Source: a virus. From it: 64,000 nucleotides of DNA. The notes under the pieces are model-generated. The model had not been told where the DNA came from, did no database searches, and saw only the letters and a program-made list of their open reading frames with translations. Position 1 is the stretch's first letter. Every line of letters begins with the position of its first letter. Below are positions 9,732 to 20,246 of this stretch, piece after piece. The position numbers and the translations under genes are program-made. Location: positions 1 through 64,000 of the IMG/VR virus record IMGVR_UViG_3300005264_000005; one strand, written 5' to 3'.

Positions 9732-10507
9732 CAGTTATATTCAATGGAAGTCGTTAGGTTCCACCAGGGACTAGGAATAAAAATTATTAATCCATTTTGC
9801 AAATTGTAATAGCTCATCTTTACTAGCAGCACCCTTCATTGAGTTTGCTAGCTGAGAGATAACTTGGATATTATCTTTAGTATATCCTTTATCATTATCA
9901 ATTCTATCTAAGGATGGTGAGTTTTTATAGACTCCAGACCTTCCAGAATTCATATTTATATTGATTCCTAACACAGGACACTTATTTGGTATCACTATAT
10001 CAGCAACTTCTATATTAAATTCTAGTCCTGATTTCTTGCATCGCATTTTAGCTCTTTGATGCATTTTCCACTCAGGAGTCAAAGACTTAACTCTATTGCT
10101 ATTACACACTTTACACATAGTCATCTTACTTGTAATTTCAAATATCATTCCACAACTAGTACATTGTCGATGAGTTTTTGAAACAAGATAACCTTCTCGA
10201 TTTTTAATTAATTCCATTATAAGCTCCTGTTAGTTAATTATGTAATTTTACATTGTTACATAGTGCTAATAACTACAAATAGCTTATAACCCATCTATAT
10301 GTTTCCATATAGCTTAGACTATATCATCACCCCATTGCTGGGGGCTAGGCGCTTCCGCTCACTTGAGCGTACTCCCTGTCGGGATAGTCGTTGAACCTTC
10401 CTCTTTCGAGGCTTGGATGCTGATTGCCTTCGTCTTTAAACGGTCAGGGTTTCCAGCAGTTCACCTAGTTTTCGACATACATTACTGTATGAAGTCTCTG
10501 CAAGTTA
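9732..10507 (-). mobile_element. Group I intron in nrdJ (776 nt)
   Basis: Exon ends ..TGT AAT CTT (U), intron ends ..ATAACTG (G); splicing restores QFCNL-SEIV; R element GTTCAACGACTA and S element GATATAGTCT present. Confidence 0.92.
9771..10217 (-). CDS. Intron-encoded HNH-type endonuclease
   Basis: CxxC zinc motifs, CPVLG, SPSLDRIDNDKGYTKDN. Confidence 0.88.
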   Translation of the reverse strand: MELIKNREGYLVSKTHRQCTSCGMIFEITSKMTMCKVCNSNRVKSLTPEWKMHQRAKMRCKKSGLEFNIEVADIVIPNKCPVLGININMNSGRSGVYKNSPSLDRIDNDKGYTKDNIQVISQLANSMKGAASKDELLQFAKWINNFYS

Positions 10508-12412
10508 AAGATTACAAAATTGTTTAGATTTAAGGATTACCTCACCACAAGGATTAACTCCATAGCTTGCCAATGGATCTCTACCTAGTAGTGCTGCAGT
10601 TTTCTGCAATCCTTCACGGTTAACGATTCCTCGCTCACCATTACCAGATCTCATAAGAGCCATCCACTCATCCATAAACGTAGCCATTTCAGGCTTCTCA
10701 GTATATGCTACAGAGTTATTAGATAGAGCACGTTGAGGTTGATGTATCCAGAACTCTCCGTCTTTAGCTCCACGCATGCGGATATCAGATAGGTTAGATA
10801 GACTAATGCCAGCACTACGCCTAACACCGCCTACAACTACGCAATTAGCAATCATGCATGCAATATCATGACACTCAATGGATGTAAGCTTACGACCAGC
10901 AGCATTAACAAAGATATTAGAAGTAAACTTCATTAATTGAATGAGAGGCTCAGGACCGCTTGCTCGTCCGCCAAATGTTTTCAGTCTTGCATTCTTAGGG
11001 CGGATCTTATCTGTATTAATATGAGGAATAATTCCTCTATATAAATGGTCAATTAGTTTACGATAGCCTTCAGCCCATCCTTTTTTACTATCAGCAAAAA
11101 CAATAGTATCATGTTCAGGGTTATCGCTAAGGTCAATAAAGCCATCAGGTACAAGCGGAAGCTTGCAGACTTCCTGTCTCTCAACGCTAAATCCACAGCC
11201 AGTACCATTCATTAAGATGTATAGTATCTCACTAAATGCACGAGCATCATCAATAGCTACATATGCACAGTTACCTGTCAATATACCGTTAGCTAAAGTA
11301 AAGGTGCTAGTTACAGGTTCAGTAACACAAAACACTTCATCAGTATCAAGTTCTTCTATGTTGGTAACGTAGAATTTAGTGTCTGCTCTCAGTGTCAACC
11401 TTATGAGAGGATTTTTTCTAATGCCGAAATTGGTCTCCATCGAAGATAATGTATTTCTACCAGTAACTACATATCCACACAAAGGCGCAATCTTATCAAC
11501 AAAGTTTATTGCTTCAATATCCTGAGATGCTAAGACTGGCTGAACACTATTCATAGAGGCATCTGCAGCCAAGTATCCCATGAGCCAATAATGTAGATAG
11601 TTAACATCACTTAACTTATCGTACGGAAGCTTTTTCCAGTCTTCAAAATAGCCTTTATGAAAAACAACTAAAGCATCACCGTCCATGTATCCCGGGTACC
11701 ACAAAGAAGAGTGTCCATATTCTTTAAACTTATCTATATAAGCTAAGTCTTTTTCTCCGCACAGTCTAATTTTAGCACGACCTCTAGAGTCTAGCGTACC
11801 ATCACCAAAACCAAATCCACGAATAAATGCTTCAGTATTAAAGCTTCTATATTCACAGTCTATTACATTAGAAGGAATAACATCTCCAACCTTTAAATCC
11901 GTTACCTCTCCTCTATTACTAGTAATCCATCTGTGATCAGGTGTAGTTGAAATGCTTCTTCTTACATTAGTTCTAGCTCCAGGGCGTAGTGTAACCTTCT
12001 GCAAAGCTTGACTGCCAAACGATCTAACAGTGGCCTCTTTAAAATCTCCAAGCTTAGTTAAGACATTTACCTTATCTCCATCTTCAAACTCAGAAAATGA
12101 TCTTAATCCACTTAGCGTAATAAACTCTGTGTCTGAGCTGAAGCAGTTATATCCTGCAATGTTTTCACGTTCAAGAGCTGGGCCAGCAGCCCATAGAGAT
12201 CTCATGGAAGGCATGTTCTCAAAGCATCTAATGCCTTCAATAGCAGCTAGAAACTCTGCCCGTAGATCTCCGTCAGGAGTACGGCCAATAAAGAAATCTT
12301 TATATCTATCTACAGTTTCATCCCAAACTTCTCTGCGCCCTTCTTTTTCAAGCCATCTGCTATATGTTCTAGTGTAGATGAACTCTTCGTACTGACTAGG
12401 AAACTTAGACAT
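10508..12412 (-). CDS. nrdJ: Class II (B12-dependent) ribonucleotide reductase exon 1, intein-containing
   Basis: RTYSRW, PSMRSLW, GYNC, GTGCGFSVE, FGGRASGP, GGVRRSA, NPCGE. Confidence 0.95.
11270..12145 (-). mobile_element. Contiguous intein in NrdJ (292 aa) with LAGLIDADG-like endonuclease
   Basis: GYN|CFSSDTEF ... TPDHRW ... GFGFGDG ... GYLAAD ... VFCVT ... GILTGN|CAY. Confidence 0.92.
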
Positions 12413-12414
12413 AA

Positions 12415-12693
12415 TTACTCCTCTGTATCAATTGCATCATCAGCCGCTGTTACAGTTGGGAAGCAAACCATTTCAATTATTTGTGCTTTTTCACGATCAA
12501 CAACAGTAAATTTTGATTGATCTTTAAGAAAAGTCTCATATTCTTTCAGGGAATCATTGATAGACTTCTTATCCATACCATGCTTCTCTGCAAATATATC
12601 TTTAGCTGCTTTAATCTCAGCTGACAGTGCAGACTTCTCATTCTTCTTGCCAATAACTTCTGCTGCGAAATCAATAAAGTCACTTCTATTCAT
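12415..12693 (-). CDS. Small dsDNA-binding protein (DsbA/GapR-like)
   Basis: 92 aa; coiled coil then EIK....FAEKHGMDKK pattern. Confidence 0.45.
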   Translation of the reverse strand: MNRSDFIDFAAEVIGKKNEKSALSAEIKAAKDIFAEKHGMDKKSINDSLKEYETFLKDQSKFTVVDREKAQIIEMVCFPTVTAADDAIDTEE

Positions 12694-12705
12694 TTTATTC
12701 TCCTG

Positions 12706-12898
12706 TTACTTAGATCCGCTCTCGCCAAAACCTGACTTATTGCGGATAGTTTCTGGAAGTACATCGACTAATACTAGGTCAGCTTGTGTATACTGGCAAA
12801 ATACTAGTTGTGCTATTCTATCATTAGGCTCAATCCGAAATGGACGCTTACCTAAGTTCATTAAGATGACACCAATTTCTCCTCTGTATCCATTATCT
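12706..12898 (-). CDS. dut: dUTPase exon 2
   Basis: (V)DNGYRGEIGVIL..N...DRIAQLV...RNKSGFGESG motifs III-V; not in the ORF track. Confidence 0.92.
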
Positions 12899-13923
12899 CA
12901 ATTATGTTAACCTATAGGCTCTTTATCCCATAGTTCTGCATATTCATTTTGTTATACATGCAGTTCGGACTATATCATCACTCAAATAATCTGTTAACGT
13001 TGTACATGCTTTATAGTCACACAGTATGCCATCTATATGTGAGCAGCCAGTATTTATATATACATTACAATATTTAACGGGATCTTTATCTAAGCGTTGG
13101 GCGCTCGTGGATGGGTTATTGGTTTGACAATCCTCACCATCTAGTCTCTGAACCTTCATAGATACATATTTGTCATTCTCTATGCTTGGCTGCTGATCAT
13201 CCTCTTCAGGGTTTTCCAGCAATTCACCCAATTTTACAACGGCAGATTGTTGTAAGATGTTTAAATCTAAAAGTCGTCTTGCTCTTTCTGGATCATTACT
13301 CCATTCACATAATATATCAGTAGTAATTTTGCTATAGTAGTGTGCATATAAGGTTGCATTGCCAAATTGCTTATGTAGCCACCTATGATCTGAGCTAATT
13401 ATTAATGCTAAATTAGTAGATACATTATTTAGGCGGTTACAGTCACGATGATGGACATGATATCCTTCTGGCAATTTATCTATTTTTAAAACTTCAAAAA
13501 CAACAGCGTGGTGCTCTTTTATGCTGCCATATGTAGGAGTGTGGATTATTCTATATCCATCCTCATTATATTCTCTGTTTCTGAAATTAGGATTATTGCT
13601 ACCCCTTTGGTTTTCACTTTCCCAAGACGCATGACAAGCAATAGAGCAGAAATTATTAGAAGCTCTATTCTTTCTGTGCTTTTTCAAATGAAACTCTTTC
13701 TCGCAATATTCACACTTACTATTTAACTCTCCAGAATGTAGCTTACCAATGCATTCTCAGCTGCAAGTCTTGAAAGACTTTGCTCTGCTAGGATAAACCT
13801 CAACTTCTTTTTCACAAACTAAACATCTTACGACTACTTTCATATAAACTACTTCTTAATCATGATCCTAGTAATATTACTAAGTATCTGTTAGTAACGT
13901 AGGAACTATAGAAAAGTTAGTTT
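12899..13923 (-). mobile_element. Group I intron in dUTPase (1025 nt)
   Basis: Junction ACG GT|A GAT restores NSPGTVDNGYRG; 5' U and terminal G; R (GTTCAGAGACTA) and S (GATATAGTCC) elements. Confidence 0.92.
12944..13843 (-). pseudogene. Intron-encoded HNH endonuclease with in-frame TGA at 13757-13759
   Basis: ATG 13843 MKVVVRCLVCEK..TCS*ECIGK.. is in frame with the 12944..13687 ORF (HVHHRDCNRLNN..NL); the ORF tail reads through the intron core. Confidence 0.75.
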
Positions 13924-14207
13924 ACCGTTCCAGGTGAGTTAAGTACAACTACCTGGTTCTTTAATGTAATGCCACTTCTAGAGCGTACTTGACACTCGTA
14001 GCCTTCAGGCATTGCAAAATGTAATCCAGTAGGACACATCCAGCACTCGCCAGGCGCCATAATCTTAGGCTCTTCTATGTATGCCATCGCATCCATACCA
14101 GAATCTAAAGGCTTATTATATTTTGGAAGCTTTGGGCCCTTAGTTACCTTGCCCATTCTGTCTACATAACTTGTATCTAAAATTTCTACTTTAATTTTAT
14201 TAGTCAT
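13924..14207 (-). CDS. dut: dUTPase exon 1
   Basis: SGMD, PTGL, QVRSRSG, NSPGT motifs; spliced product 158 aa. Confidence 0.93.
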
Positions 14208-14228
14208 AACACCTCTCCACAGGGCACA

Positions 14229-14262
14229 AAAGGGGAGCCCTTTTAACAGAGCTCCCCTTTAT
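14229..14262 (-). terminator. Intrinsic terminator
   Basis: AAAGGGGAGC..GCTCCCCTTT hairpin. Confidence 0.65.
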
Positions 14263-14286
14263 TTATAACGCTTTGTTGCTATTTAG

Positions 14287-14559
14287 CTATTCAGTTACTT
14301 CAGAATCTACGGCTTCATCAACTGCTTCTGCAGCTTCATCTGTCTGACTAATTACATCACTAGTAACTTTAAAGATCTCAGCATTGAGATCGTCCATTTC
14401 CTTAGTTACTTCTTCATGAGTAACAACTCCTTTATCAAGCATAAGCTTAGTAATAGCATTGGCTTGTAAGTAGATAACATATAGCTGATTCTCTAGTGCA
14501 GAGATGCGCTGCTCATATGTAAGATCTGGATTTGATGCTGGTACTTGTTGCTCTGTCAT
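14287..14559 (-). CDS. Hypothetical acidic protein
   Basis: 90-aa ORF. Confidence 0.55.
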   Translation of the reverse strand: MTEQQVPASNPDLTYEQRISALENQLYVIYLQANAITKLMLDKGVVTHEEVTKEMDDLNAEIFKVTSDVISQTDEAAEAVDEAVDSEVTE

Positions 14560-14560
14560 G

Positions 14561-14938
14561 TCAATCTCCTTCGTTAGCGATTAGTTCGCTTTTCATTTTG
14601 ATGTCAGAGAGCCTCTCTTCGAGCTCTTCATTGTTTTCAAATCTTAATATACTTAAGATCTGTCTATTTGTCAACCCCATAGTGTCATGCAGGTAAATTA
14701 AATACCTTTCATACGGAGCAAAACATTTCCATATATCTTCATTGCAATTCAATATAGATATATCATTATAGTTATGCAGTTTACGAATAAGATTATCTTC
14801 ATATCTGATATTCTCAGGACTAAAACTTAACCTGTCGAGCACATCTTCCATAGACTCTTCAGGGTCACTATAGTTAGTAGGAACATCAATAACATTTACA
14901 CCAGCATCTTTTGCTGTTTTTATTACAAGATCATGCAT
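14561..14938 (-). CDS. Putative sigma-factor-like protein, C-terminal part (region-4-like HTH)
   Basis: PYERYLIYL...GLTNRQI HTH-like motif; frame stays open upstream of the ATG. Confidence 0.45.
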   Translation of the reverse strand: MHDLVIKTAKDAGVNVIDVPTNYSDPEESMEDVLDRLSFSPENIRYEDNLIRKLHNYNDISILNCNEDIWKCFAPYERYLIYLHDTMGLTNRQILSILRFENNEELEERLSDIKMKSELIANEGD

Positions 14939-14952
14939 TTTAAATCTAGCTA

Positions 14953-15270
14953 TTAATTGTATCGAGCGATAGCCTTGTGGAATGTTTCAGCAGATGTGTT
15001 AGACGTACGCTCTTCTGGAGCAAGAAACATGCCTAAGAATTTAGCCATAAATGGATTAATGTGAATTTGCTGATAAGTATTACTAGGAGTAATTATTATG
15101 GTAAATGAATTAATTATACCTTCTAGGTTTTTAATTACTTCAAGTAAGTCATCTTCACTATTAGTTTTCTTGTATTTCTTAACCAAATTAGTTACAACGC
15201 TAAACTCATTCTTTTCACGCTTTTTACTTCTTCGTTTGTTTGCTGCTACGTTCTTTAGTTCCACTGACAC
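14953..15270 (-). CDS. Putative sigma-factor-like protein, N-terminal part
   Basis: LVKKYK...DDLLEVIKNLEGII resembles the N-terminus of phage sigma-like proteins. Confidence 0.4.
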   Translation of the reverse strand: MSVELKNVAANKRRSKKREKNEFSVVTNLVKKYKKTNSEDDLLEVIKNLEGIINSFTIIITPSNTYQQIHINPFMAKFLGMFLAPEERTSNTSAETFHKAIARYN

Positions 15271-15820
15271 GTTTAGCTACCTTTCTGCCAATACGCTTGA
15301 CTGCTTTTCGTCTAGCTGGTACGGTCTTCTTAGGTAATTTAACTAAGCCAGCTTCTTTATCAATCAGCGTTTTAACGTTTACCATCTCATGACTTCCATT
15401 ATACTCTTTAACGAATATTTCTATTCGAGGATTCTCCTTAGCATACGTCTTAGTACATATGCAAGAAATAATCTGTCTATCGTCATAGTATACAACGTCA
15501 CTTAGGGCATCGCAAATACTCTTTGAAAGATTAGGTGCATCAAACACGCGCCTGTCCTTAAAGTAGCCATCTATTTGCATAAACAGTGGACCGGAATATT
15601 TAGATAAACCATGTTCACCCATCACTCTGGCGCATTCAGCAGCAACAATTCTATCACTCACTGCCATTCGCTCAGGTGTATAAGCACCGTTCTTGCCCCA
15701 TTTAGTAAAATTAGATTTACTATAAGGCTCCACTTTTATAACAGCATAGATTAAAGATTTATCTTTACCAAGCTTCTTAATTTCTTTATTAAGTGTTTGT
15801 AGAATAGTTATTTTATTCAT
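15224..15820 (-). CDS. rusA: RusA-family Holliday junction resolvase
   Basis: DAPNLSKSICDAL..VVYYDDRQI catalytic motif. Confidence 0.85.
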   Translation of the reverse strand: MNKITILQTLNKEIKKLGKDKSLIYAVIKVEPYSKSNFTKWGKNGAYTPERMAVSDRIVAAECARVMGEHGLSKYSGPLFMQIDGYFKDRRVFDAPNLSKSICDALSDVVYYDDRQIISCICTKTYAKENPRIEIFVKEYNGSHEMVNVKTLIDKEAGLVKLPKKTVPARRKAVKRIGRKVAKRVSGTKERSSKQTKK

Positions 15821-16175
15821 CCATGAAGTCCATTAGTTTACAGTAGATATCTAGATGAGTAACATTTTCTGTGTAAGGGATTTCAACATAATTTAATTTA
15901 TATTGATCACACAACTTTACTAATTTAGAATCTCTATTCATTTGCTTATTAAAGTCGACTAAAGTTTGTACTTTATCCTTACCAAAACTACTAGGCTTAT
16001 AGTGCTGGACCCCATGCACCTCAATAACGCAATTAAGAGAAGGGATCCAGTAATCTACAACAATACCTTTATGGAGAAGGCTACTACAAATGGTGCTAAA
16101 GTCTACTTGAGATTTCGTGTCACTTGCTATTTTTTTTAGTAGTTGTCCTACTAATTTTTCCTGCTGACTTGCCAT
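15813..16175 (-). CDS. PD-(D/E)XK / Vsr-like endonuclease
   Basis: VDYWIP..VIEVHGVQHY...D..L. Confidence 0.7.
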   Translation of the reverse strand: MASQQEKLVGQLLKKIASDTKSQVDFSTICSSLLHKGIVVDYWIPSLNCVIEVHGVQHYKPSSFGKDKVQTLVDFNKQMNRDSKLVKLCDQYKLNYVEIPYTENVTHLDIYCKLMDFMDE

Positions 16176-16575
16176 TAGTTTTTACCTCCAAGATTAAAGC
16201 ATTCACTTCTTCCTTAGTGTAATAATCAGGAACAAACTCTTTTAAGGCTATTCCTTCAATTTCTGGAGGCTTAAGCCAGTCTTCAACCTGGCGGATCGCA
16301 TCGTTATGTTTAGTAATTACATTTATTAAACGAGCATACATCTGCACTTCAGGATCAAGTCTATTCCTGCCAGCAAAGCTAGTGCGAGTAGCTAGGAGTC
16401 GGCCACAAACTAAGCATTCTAATACAGGAACAGTAGAAGTCGAGCCATATCTTAAAGTTGAACGAGAATTATATACAGTTAATGCACCCTCTTCAATTTC
16501 AACTGGCTGAGTCTCAGTAAACATAGTGCTGCCACAGGCACACGTTTCTAAATTTACATCTTTCATTATAAACAA
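16120..16575 (-). CDS. Zinc-ribbon hypothetical protein
   Basis: CxCG and CxxCG pairs. Confidence 0.55.
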   Translation of the reverse strand: MFIMKDVNLETCACGSTMFTETQPVEIEEGALTVYNSRSTLRYGSTSTVPVLECLVCGRLLATRTSFAGRNRLDPEVQMYARLINVITKHNDAIRQVEDWLKPPEIEGIALKEFVPDYYTKEEVNALILEVKTNGKSAGKISRTTTKKNSK

Positions 16576-17255
16576 CTCTCTTTTCTCTCACAGCTAACAC
16601 AATTATAAAGATTTCTAACTAGTGATGGCGCTGACATCGCAGCTCCGAGGTCACGAAGTTGCGATAAGTCATCATCGAATCTATCTGGTAGATAGGTTGC
16701 ATCTATAACACTAAAAGTAACTGGATCAATTATCTTTAACGTAACTTTCTTGTTAAACTGAGCAGCAAGATAACTATAAGGAGTAAAATACTGAGGCCAA
16801 TACTTAAGCTTATGCTTAAATTTATCAAAGTCATCAATATTTTCTATTTCAACAACAGTTATGTTACCATCCTCATCAGAAAGAATAAAATCAACTATAT
16901 CTCTAAATGTAACAGATGTACCTGGCAAACTAATATCTATAGGAGTATTATATCCTATAAATGTATTATTTGCAAATGCTTCAAAGATAGTATTAAGCTT
17001 AGGTACAATCCTTTCAGCTGTAGGAGCTTGAGATGGTCTCTTGTAATGCTTATTTGTAAATTTAGTTCTATACTCAATAATACTAAACTTACTATTGTTT
17101 TGCATTTCAAAACACGCTAGCTCAATAATATGTTTCTTGAGCTTGGAAGACATATCACTAAGCTTTATGATGTTCTGTTTGCTTGACAGTATATTAGCAC
17201 CAAATAGATAAGGACACATAATATATTCATCAATATGTTTTTTATAAACTATCAT
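16566..17255 (-). CDS. PD-(D/E)XK exonuclease-like protein (Cas4/AddB-type Cys cluster), possibly degenerate
   Basis: N-terminal CP, IVDFIL..VVE, C-terminal CxxC....C. Confidence 0.55.
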   Translation of the reverse strand: MIVYKKHIDEYIMCPYLFGANILSSKQNIIKLSDMSSKLKKHIIELACFEMQNNSKFSIIEYRTKFTNKHYKRPSQAPTAERIVPKLNTIFEAFANNTFIGYNTPIDISLPGTSVTFRDIVDFILSDEDGNITVVEIENIDDFDKFKHKLKYWPQYFTPYSYLAAQFNKKVTLKIIDPVTFSVIDATYLPDRFDDDLSQLRDLGAAMSAPSLVRNLYNCVSCERKESCL

Positions 17256-19762
17256 ATGTTTATAGCTACTTTCTGGCTGCCAGAAGGCTTACTATCGGCA
17301 GAACCTTTATCTGTTTTATTTTGCTCAGCAACTTCTAAAATTTCTCTAACATCATCTCTTGAAATCTCATCATATAGAGCAAGCTCAGGATGAAACTTAA
17401 AGTACAGAGAGTCTTTAAACTCAGATAGCTTATTTTTTAAGATTAATGCTTCAATAATAGGCTTCTTCACTGTTTTATATACATATCCGTCATCAGGATA
17501 GAACTCTGGAACTTTAGAATCAAAGGTTAAGTCAGCTTCTTCACGCTCACAGTTCATTTCATTCCATAGGTATATTATCAAATTAGCATCGAATTGTAAA
17601 GCTGCAGCCTCGGAAATACCAGAAGCATTAGTAGGCTTAGTATACATATCTTGCTTAGTCATCTCTACAGTACAGAATAAAGAGCAGTCATACCTAGTAG
17701 TGTACGATTTCATTAAAGAAGACATAGCTCTAAACTTATGACGACCTTCCATTTCCTGACTAGCCTCATACTGTAATCTATGAAAGTTATCACAGAAAGA
17801 CACAATGTTTCTATTAGGATATCTCTCTCGATAGTGTCCAATTAGATTACCATGATATTCTGCACTCACGCCATGTGTAATATCTTTAACGATCAATCTT
17901 TCGTCTTTGATATACTCAGCAATTTTTCTAAATGCTTGAGATCTAATCTTAGACTTATCGCTATCTAAATAATACTTAGGTCTCTTAATCCAGTTAATTT
18001 TGATTCTAGATAGAGCTGCTACCATTCTATTCAGATAGATATCACGACTATCATCGATAGTATGAATAATGACTGTTAAGTCATCATTCTCTTCAAGCAT
18101 TCTTAAAGCGAGAGAGTCAAATAAAGCAGTCTTACCAGTGTTAGGAGGTCCCATAACAAGGGCGAATGCTTCATTAAATGGTATTGGAATATGATTATCA
18201 AAGTCTGTAAATCCTGTCTTTATAACTGGCTCATCATCCTCACACTCTTGCTTATCTTGCATGTTAACGAGAGCTTTAAGTGTTTCATTTGCTGAGAATA
18301 ACTCTTCAGTATTTTCATTCTCTTTTAACGCATTTAGCTTTGTTTCAATCAAGGAGAATGCGCCACCAATATTTTCAGGATTCATAAGGAGTAACTCCTT
18401 AGCTTCATCCATAACCTTAATTGCAAACTCACCTTGACGCTCAGTGCTACAAGAAATCTTTTGATCAATCTCTTCAGAGATAAGTGATCTATCTATGCCT
18501 GTAAGCTCAGACACTAAATTAATAGTCTTCTGTCTTTGAAGAGGAGATCTCTGTAATGCAATTAACGGAGTAATATCTTGGAGAATAGTATAAGGATCAG
18601 CATCCTGTACACTAAGCTCATCCATTACAATCCATTCAAGGCAGTCTTTCTCTACGATAGTCTTAAAGGCTTCCTTACTATACTTACGCAAGAATTCATC
18701 TGGATCCTTTACGTCAGGAGCGACTGCAGACATATCCATAACGGAGAACTCAGCACTGGATTTACCAAAATACTTTCGTACAATATTCTTGATTTTCTCT
18801 TTGCCTTTTTCATCGTTGTCGAGCAGAAGGACGATATTCGTAACGCCAAGTGATGACATTTTTCCAATAGTAACATCATTTAATTCCAATCCTCCCAAAG
18901 CAAACACATTATCAATACCTGATAGCTTAAGGGAATGTTTACAGCCATGGCCTTCGACAGCAATAACTTTGTGAAAATTGCGACAATCATGAATACCATA
19001 AGGGAACTGTGGTTTTTCATATACACCAGTAAAGTTAGCAGTGCTATTATACTTCATTGGTGGCTTCCCTGGAGCCATTTCAAGATTACTTAATCTCTTC
19101 TTGTGCTCAGCCTTCTTCTCTTCAAATCTAACGTCTCTTGAATAGAATGCTATTGGGCGACTATACTCATCGTAAACAGTAAATATGAGACCGTCTTGAT
19201 TGAAGATATCTCCTCTATTGAGTCCTACCATATCAATAAAGTCAGCAGTAAATCCATTAGATTTTAAGTGAGCAATAAAGTTACTAAAACTATCAGCACA
19301 ACCGAGTCCAAGCTTAATAGACTCTTTCAGCGCCCATCTTCTGCGCTTAACCTCTTTATCAAATCCAACATTAGGATTTTCATTAGCCACATGAATAAGA
19401 TACTCAGAGGCAATCTTATAAGCTCTAAGGTAGGCATACTTCATTGCAACTTTTGCATCATCGCTTCTAATAATATTATACTTTAAGCTGAACTTATCAG
19501 CTAAGTAGAAGATATTATCCTGAATAAATTCAGGCCCGAGCAAAGGCTTATCTTCGATCCAGTTAGCAACGCTAAAGATATCTCCTGAACTGCCACATGA
19601 ATGGCATTTAACATACAGCCCATCCTTATGCATATTCATTGATGGACTCTTATCGTCATGTCCTGGGTGCAGACATTTAAAATGCTTTTCTGGTCTTTCA
19701 ATTCCATTTTGCTCAAGATAATCAGCTAACTTGAGACGCAATGTGTCGACTAATTCTTCCAT
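17252..19762 (-). CDS. DNA primase-helicase fusion
   Basis: CHC2 zinc finger (CLHPGH.D..PS..CHSCG), TOPRIM (VEG, DND..G, KDPD), Walker A GPPNTGKT, DnaB-like C-terminus. Confidence 0.92.
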   Translation of the reverse strand: MEELVDTLRLKLADYLEQNGIERPEKHFKCLHPGHDDKSPSMNMHKDGLYVKCHSCGSSGDIFSVANWIEDKPLLGPEFIQDNIFYLADKFSLKYNIIRSDDAKVAMKYAYLRAYKIASEYLIHVANENPNVGFDKEVKRRRWALKESIKLGLGCADSFSNFIAHLKSNGFTADFIDMVGLNRGDIFNQDGLIFTVYDEYSRPIAFYSRDVRFEEKKAEHKKRLSNLEMAPGKPPMKYNSTANFTGVYEKPQFPYGIHDCRNFHKVIAVEGHGCKHSLKLSGIDNVFALGGLELNDVTIGKMSSLGVTNIVLLLDNDEKGKEKIKNIVRKYFGKSSAEFSVMDMSAVAPDVKDPDEFLRKYSKEAFKTIVEKDCLEWIVMDELSVQDADPYTILQDITPLIALQRSPLQRQKTINLVSELTGIDRSLISEEIDQKISCSTERQGEFAIKVMDEAKELLLMNPENIGGAFSLIETKLNALKENENTEELFSANETLKALVNMQDKQECEDDEPVIKTGFTDFDNHIPIPFNEAFALVMGPPNTGKTALFDSLALRMLEENDDLTVIIHTIDDSRDIYLNRMVAALSRIKINWIKRPKYYLDSDKSKIRSQAFRKIAEYIKDERLIVKDITHGVSAEYHGNLIGHYRERYPNRNIVSFCDNFHRLQYEASQEMEGRHKFRAMSSLMKSYTTRYDCSLFCTVEMTKQDMYTKPTNASGISEAAALQFDANLIIYLWNEMNCEREEADLTFDSKVPEFYPDDGYVYKTVKKPIIEALILKNKLSEFKDSLYFKFHPELALYDEISRDDVREILEVAEQNKTDKGSADSKPSGSQKVAINI

Positions 19763-19795
19763 AGAAGTAATAATAGTACACCTACCTTTCTTAGA

Positions 19796-20110
19796 TTAAT
19801 ACTTACGGTTTAGAATAGCAGATTGCTGTCCCATACTTGGCATGACTAGGTTGGAAAAAACACTTGAGCATGCTTCCTTGTAGCCTCCCGTGAAAGCTTC
19901 AGCACATTCAACTTGAACTGCGCTGCTGGGCATGATGGCCCATTCTTCTTTAATAATCATTGGCTTATAAGCAATAGTCTCATTAGACTCCATGGCCATC
20001 TTAAGAGGATTGGAGATTTTTACTCTACCGCCCTCTAAGTCTTCAACAAACTCACCAATAACATGGCCAATTGGCGTAATAAAAACACGTATATCATTTG
20101 TCTTAATCAT
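19796..20110 (-). CDS. Hypothetical (Sm-like beta fold?) protein
   Basis: 104-aa ORF with G.VIG...I.NP pattern. Confidence 0.5.
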   Translation of the reverse strand: MIKTNDIRVFITPIGHVIGEFVEDLEGGRVKISNPLKMAMESNETIAYKPMIIKEEWAIMPSSAVQVECAEAFTGGYKEACSSVFSNLVMPSMGQQSAILNRKY

Positions 20111-20246
20111 TATACTTCCTTATTTCTTTAAAGCTATCAATATTCCTTTTCGCTGAGTCCGTTAACAGTACAAACGAAATAATTCCTCCAGCAACTCTTA
20201 ATAGAATAGATAGTTGTTTTAGTTTTAAATTATTCATAATCACCAA

